A stretch of 62,919 nt of DNA, the filler included, from Globobulimina sp. (Eukaryota): the NCBI GenBank assembly GCA_003354225.1. It is 30 parts of 30 records of this genome, joined end to end, with 100 filler letters (N's around TTAATTAATTAA, not from the genome) between each part and the next. Parts side by side here need not be neighbours in the genome. Positions count along the whole stretch, not along the records: positions 60,921 to 62,919 come from PIVH01009869.1; 29 more parts are not named here. One strand, given 5' to 3'. This document shows, piece by piece, positions 61,071-62,919 of this stretch. A program made the translations under genes and the position numbers. Under the pieces are notes generated by a model that saw only the letters and a program-made list of their open reading frames with translations, was not told where the DNA came from and did not search any database. Position 1 is the stretch's first letter. Each line of letters opens with the position of its first letter.

Positions 61071-61736
61071 ATGATACTACTTTGGTGGCTCGCAGTATTG
61101 TTTATGAGTTTACTTTTTAATCTTCAACCTTTTGCCGTGACCATTAGGGAACGTTCAATGTATTCGTGGGTCAATAAAAATATTATTAACGGTGATATAT
61201 TCCTAGATAAAAATGGCGAATATGATATACCACAAACATTGATTATTATTGTATTGTTTTTTGTTGCTTCATGGTATGGTGCTAAATTATTATGGCATTG
61301 TTGTACCTATACTGTAGATGTTAGCGCAGAATGGCAGAAATTAATCAAATTATGCAAAAGAATGCGTGCAACACTACGTTTACAACGCATTCCTGTTATT
61401 ACATACCGTAAAGCTAAAAATGATAAAAACGATAAAAATGAAAACGAAAATGATAATGAAATCCTTGAAATGAAATCTGATGATAATACAGAAAAAAATG
61501 ATATTAATACTAATAATTTTAGTGATCAACAACCACATAATGATAAATGTGCCATATGTTTGGAAGATTTTATTTACGCTGAAAAAATAAAATTATTACC
61601 ATGTCAACATGGTTTTCATTCAAAATGTATCAATCCGTGGCTAACAAATCTATCTGAATTCTGTCCTATGTGTAAAAAAAGTATATTTAATAAGGTTGAT
61701 AATGTATTAAATACAAAAGACATAATCACAGATTAA
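61071..61736 (+). CDS. Transmembrane RING-H2 E3 ligase
   Basis: TM helix, then CAICLEDF...LLPCQHGFHSKCINPWL...CPMCK. Confidence 0.88.
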   Translation: MILLWWLAVLFMSLLFNLQPFAVTIRERSMYSWVNKNIINGDIFLDKNGEYDIPQTLIIIVLFFVASWYGAKLLWHCCTYTVDVSAEWQKLIKLCKRMRATLRLQRIPVITYRKAKNDKNDKNENENDNEILEMKSDDNTEKNDINTNNFSDQQPHNDKCAICLEDFIYAEKIKLLPCQHGFHSKCINPWLTNLSEFCPMCKKSIFNKVDNVLNTKDIITD

Positions 61737-62013
61737 TGTTTCTGAGATTGTACATGTTTACTTACTTATAACATAATAGCAAATTGTATAATGAATGATG
61801 GATTCTGCAAAAATAATCACTATTTTTAACTAGTCACCCATCAAAAAATCTGTTTGCACTTTTTGTATGCACATTTCTTAGAATCTATAAAAGATCACAG
61901 AATCGTACCGTTTCTGTGGAAAGAGCCACTTTAAACGATATATCTCATTCATATCTCATTGGTTGTATTAATTGCAGTTTTTAGTAAAGTGGGTCTCATT
62001 AACTATTTAAATA

Positions 62014-62397
62014 ATGTCAGTGCCCTATGCGTATGTGTCGCAAACGAGAAGTACATCGGAAACTGGTGCTTTAATAAGTGAACAAATCCACCATCAAACC
62101 CAAATAAGAGAGAATGCATTTAAATTATTTCAGGCCTCACGTAGATATTGCCGTGGTTTAACAAGAGCAAATATTAAAGTACCCTCACCACAGCATGCAC
62201 GGGTTGATAATATGGGATATCAAACATCAAATAAATGCACACAAATCACATTATCACGAGTTGTCCATGGCGGTAAAACAACAAATATTTCAAAAGCAAA
62301 ATTAAATGCTATGAATCAAGCAATGAATCGAATTATTGATAAAAATAATCAATTATTAATACAATGTAGGAAACAATCAAATGAACCAACAAAATAG
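62014..62397 (+). CDS. Hypothetical protein
   Basis: 127-aa ATG ORF. Confidence 0.45.
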   Translation: MSVPYAYVSQTRSTSETGALISEQIHHQTQIRENAFKLFQASRRYCRGLTRANIKVPSPQHARVDNMGYQTSNKCTQITLSRVVHGGKTTNISKAKLNAMNQAMNRIIDKNNQLLIQCRKQSNEPTK

Positions 62398-62919
62398 TGA
62401 TAATGCAATGAATTCTCTCCAAAATAACAATTGTAAATATTTTATTATTACTATTGCAGTTCAATTTTTACATATTGTTCCGTTTGTTCACAAACTCAAA
62501 AAAAGCAACAATGATTGAAGCAGCAACACATTTTCAGAACTTTGTAAAATGAAAAACACTTCACAGTTTTTCTGATGATGAAAAATTAATTAATTGCTTA
62601 TTAATCAGTAATGTGTATATAAAATAGTGCGAATGTGCGCATATAAAATTTCAGTAAAACAAAAGTTCAAAACCATGACATAATTTCTTTATCTTAGCAT
62701 TATTTGCAAGACTTTTCTCAATCAACACACCATAATTTTTTCTTCATTTAACCATTTTTTAAACAACATATAAATGATTGCGATGGTTGCGGTGTGATTT
62801 CCAAATTGTTTGCCTAAGACCCAACATTCAGTTCTTACTCTCGTATTCGTTTTATTTTTGGATATAATTCTAATATTTTTCTGTCATTCCATTCTGCAAA
62901 TTTACCAAAAATGCCTTCA

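Noticed and set aside
1-62919. Operon or gene-cluster reading of neighbouring genes (e.g. STN1, NSE1, AMT1)
   Set aside because: Contigs are ordered by length, not by genomic position

Overview
This window is not one locus. It is 30 unrelated contigs of about 2 kb, sorted by length (2002 down to 1999 nt) and joined by a 100-nt artificial spacer (44 N + TTAATTAATTAA + 44 N), so adjacency across spacers has no meaning. Most DNA is AT-rich and gene-dense and comes from a unicellular eukaryote with short (57-175 nt) GT-AG introns. The gene families (7TM-RGS, HSPA12-like, MATH, BTB-TLDc, SAM, PT-repeat surface proteins) suggest a foraminiferan or other rhizarian; this is inference. Recognisable genes: a Ras GTPase with an N-terminal KHA/DCX-like domain, STN1, a voltage-sensing phosphatase, beta-tubulin, mitochondrial uL24, NSE1, UFD1, a USP, a leishmanolysin-like protease, and a complete AMT1/MTA1-type DNA 6mA methyltransferase. 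Several contigs look like amplification chimeras: one internal inversion, and bacterial TonB, LVIVD and hydrolase fragments plus an archaeal RpoB fragment fused to host DNA. Best leads: (1) a 108-nt intron in the phosphatase gene that is flanked by an 11-nt direct repeat and contains a minimal hammerhead-ribozyme-like motif; (2) a 218-nt tRNA-shaped RNA with compensated tertiary pairs and a 146-nt multi-hairpin insert in the anticodon loop; (3) a PDZ-like + voltage sensor (7-Arg S4) + HCKGGKGR phosphatase; (4) a strand-specific intronic motif, (CA)GTTTGAAAC(T), shared by three unrelated genes. All family calls come from motif recognition by eye, not from database searches.
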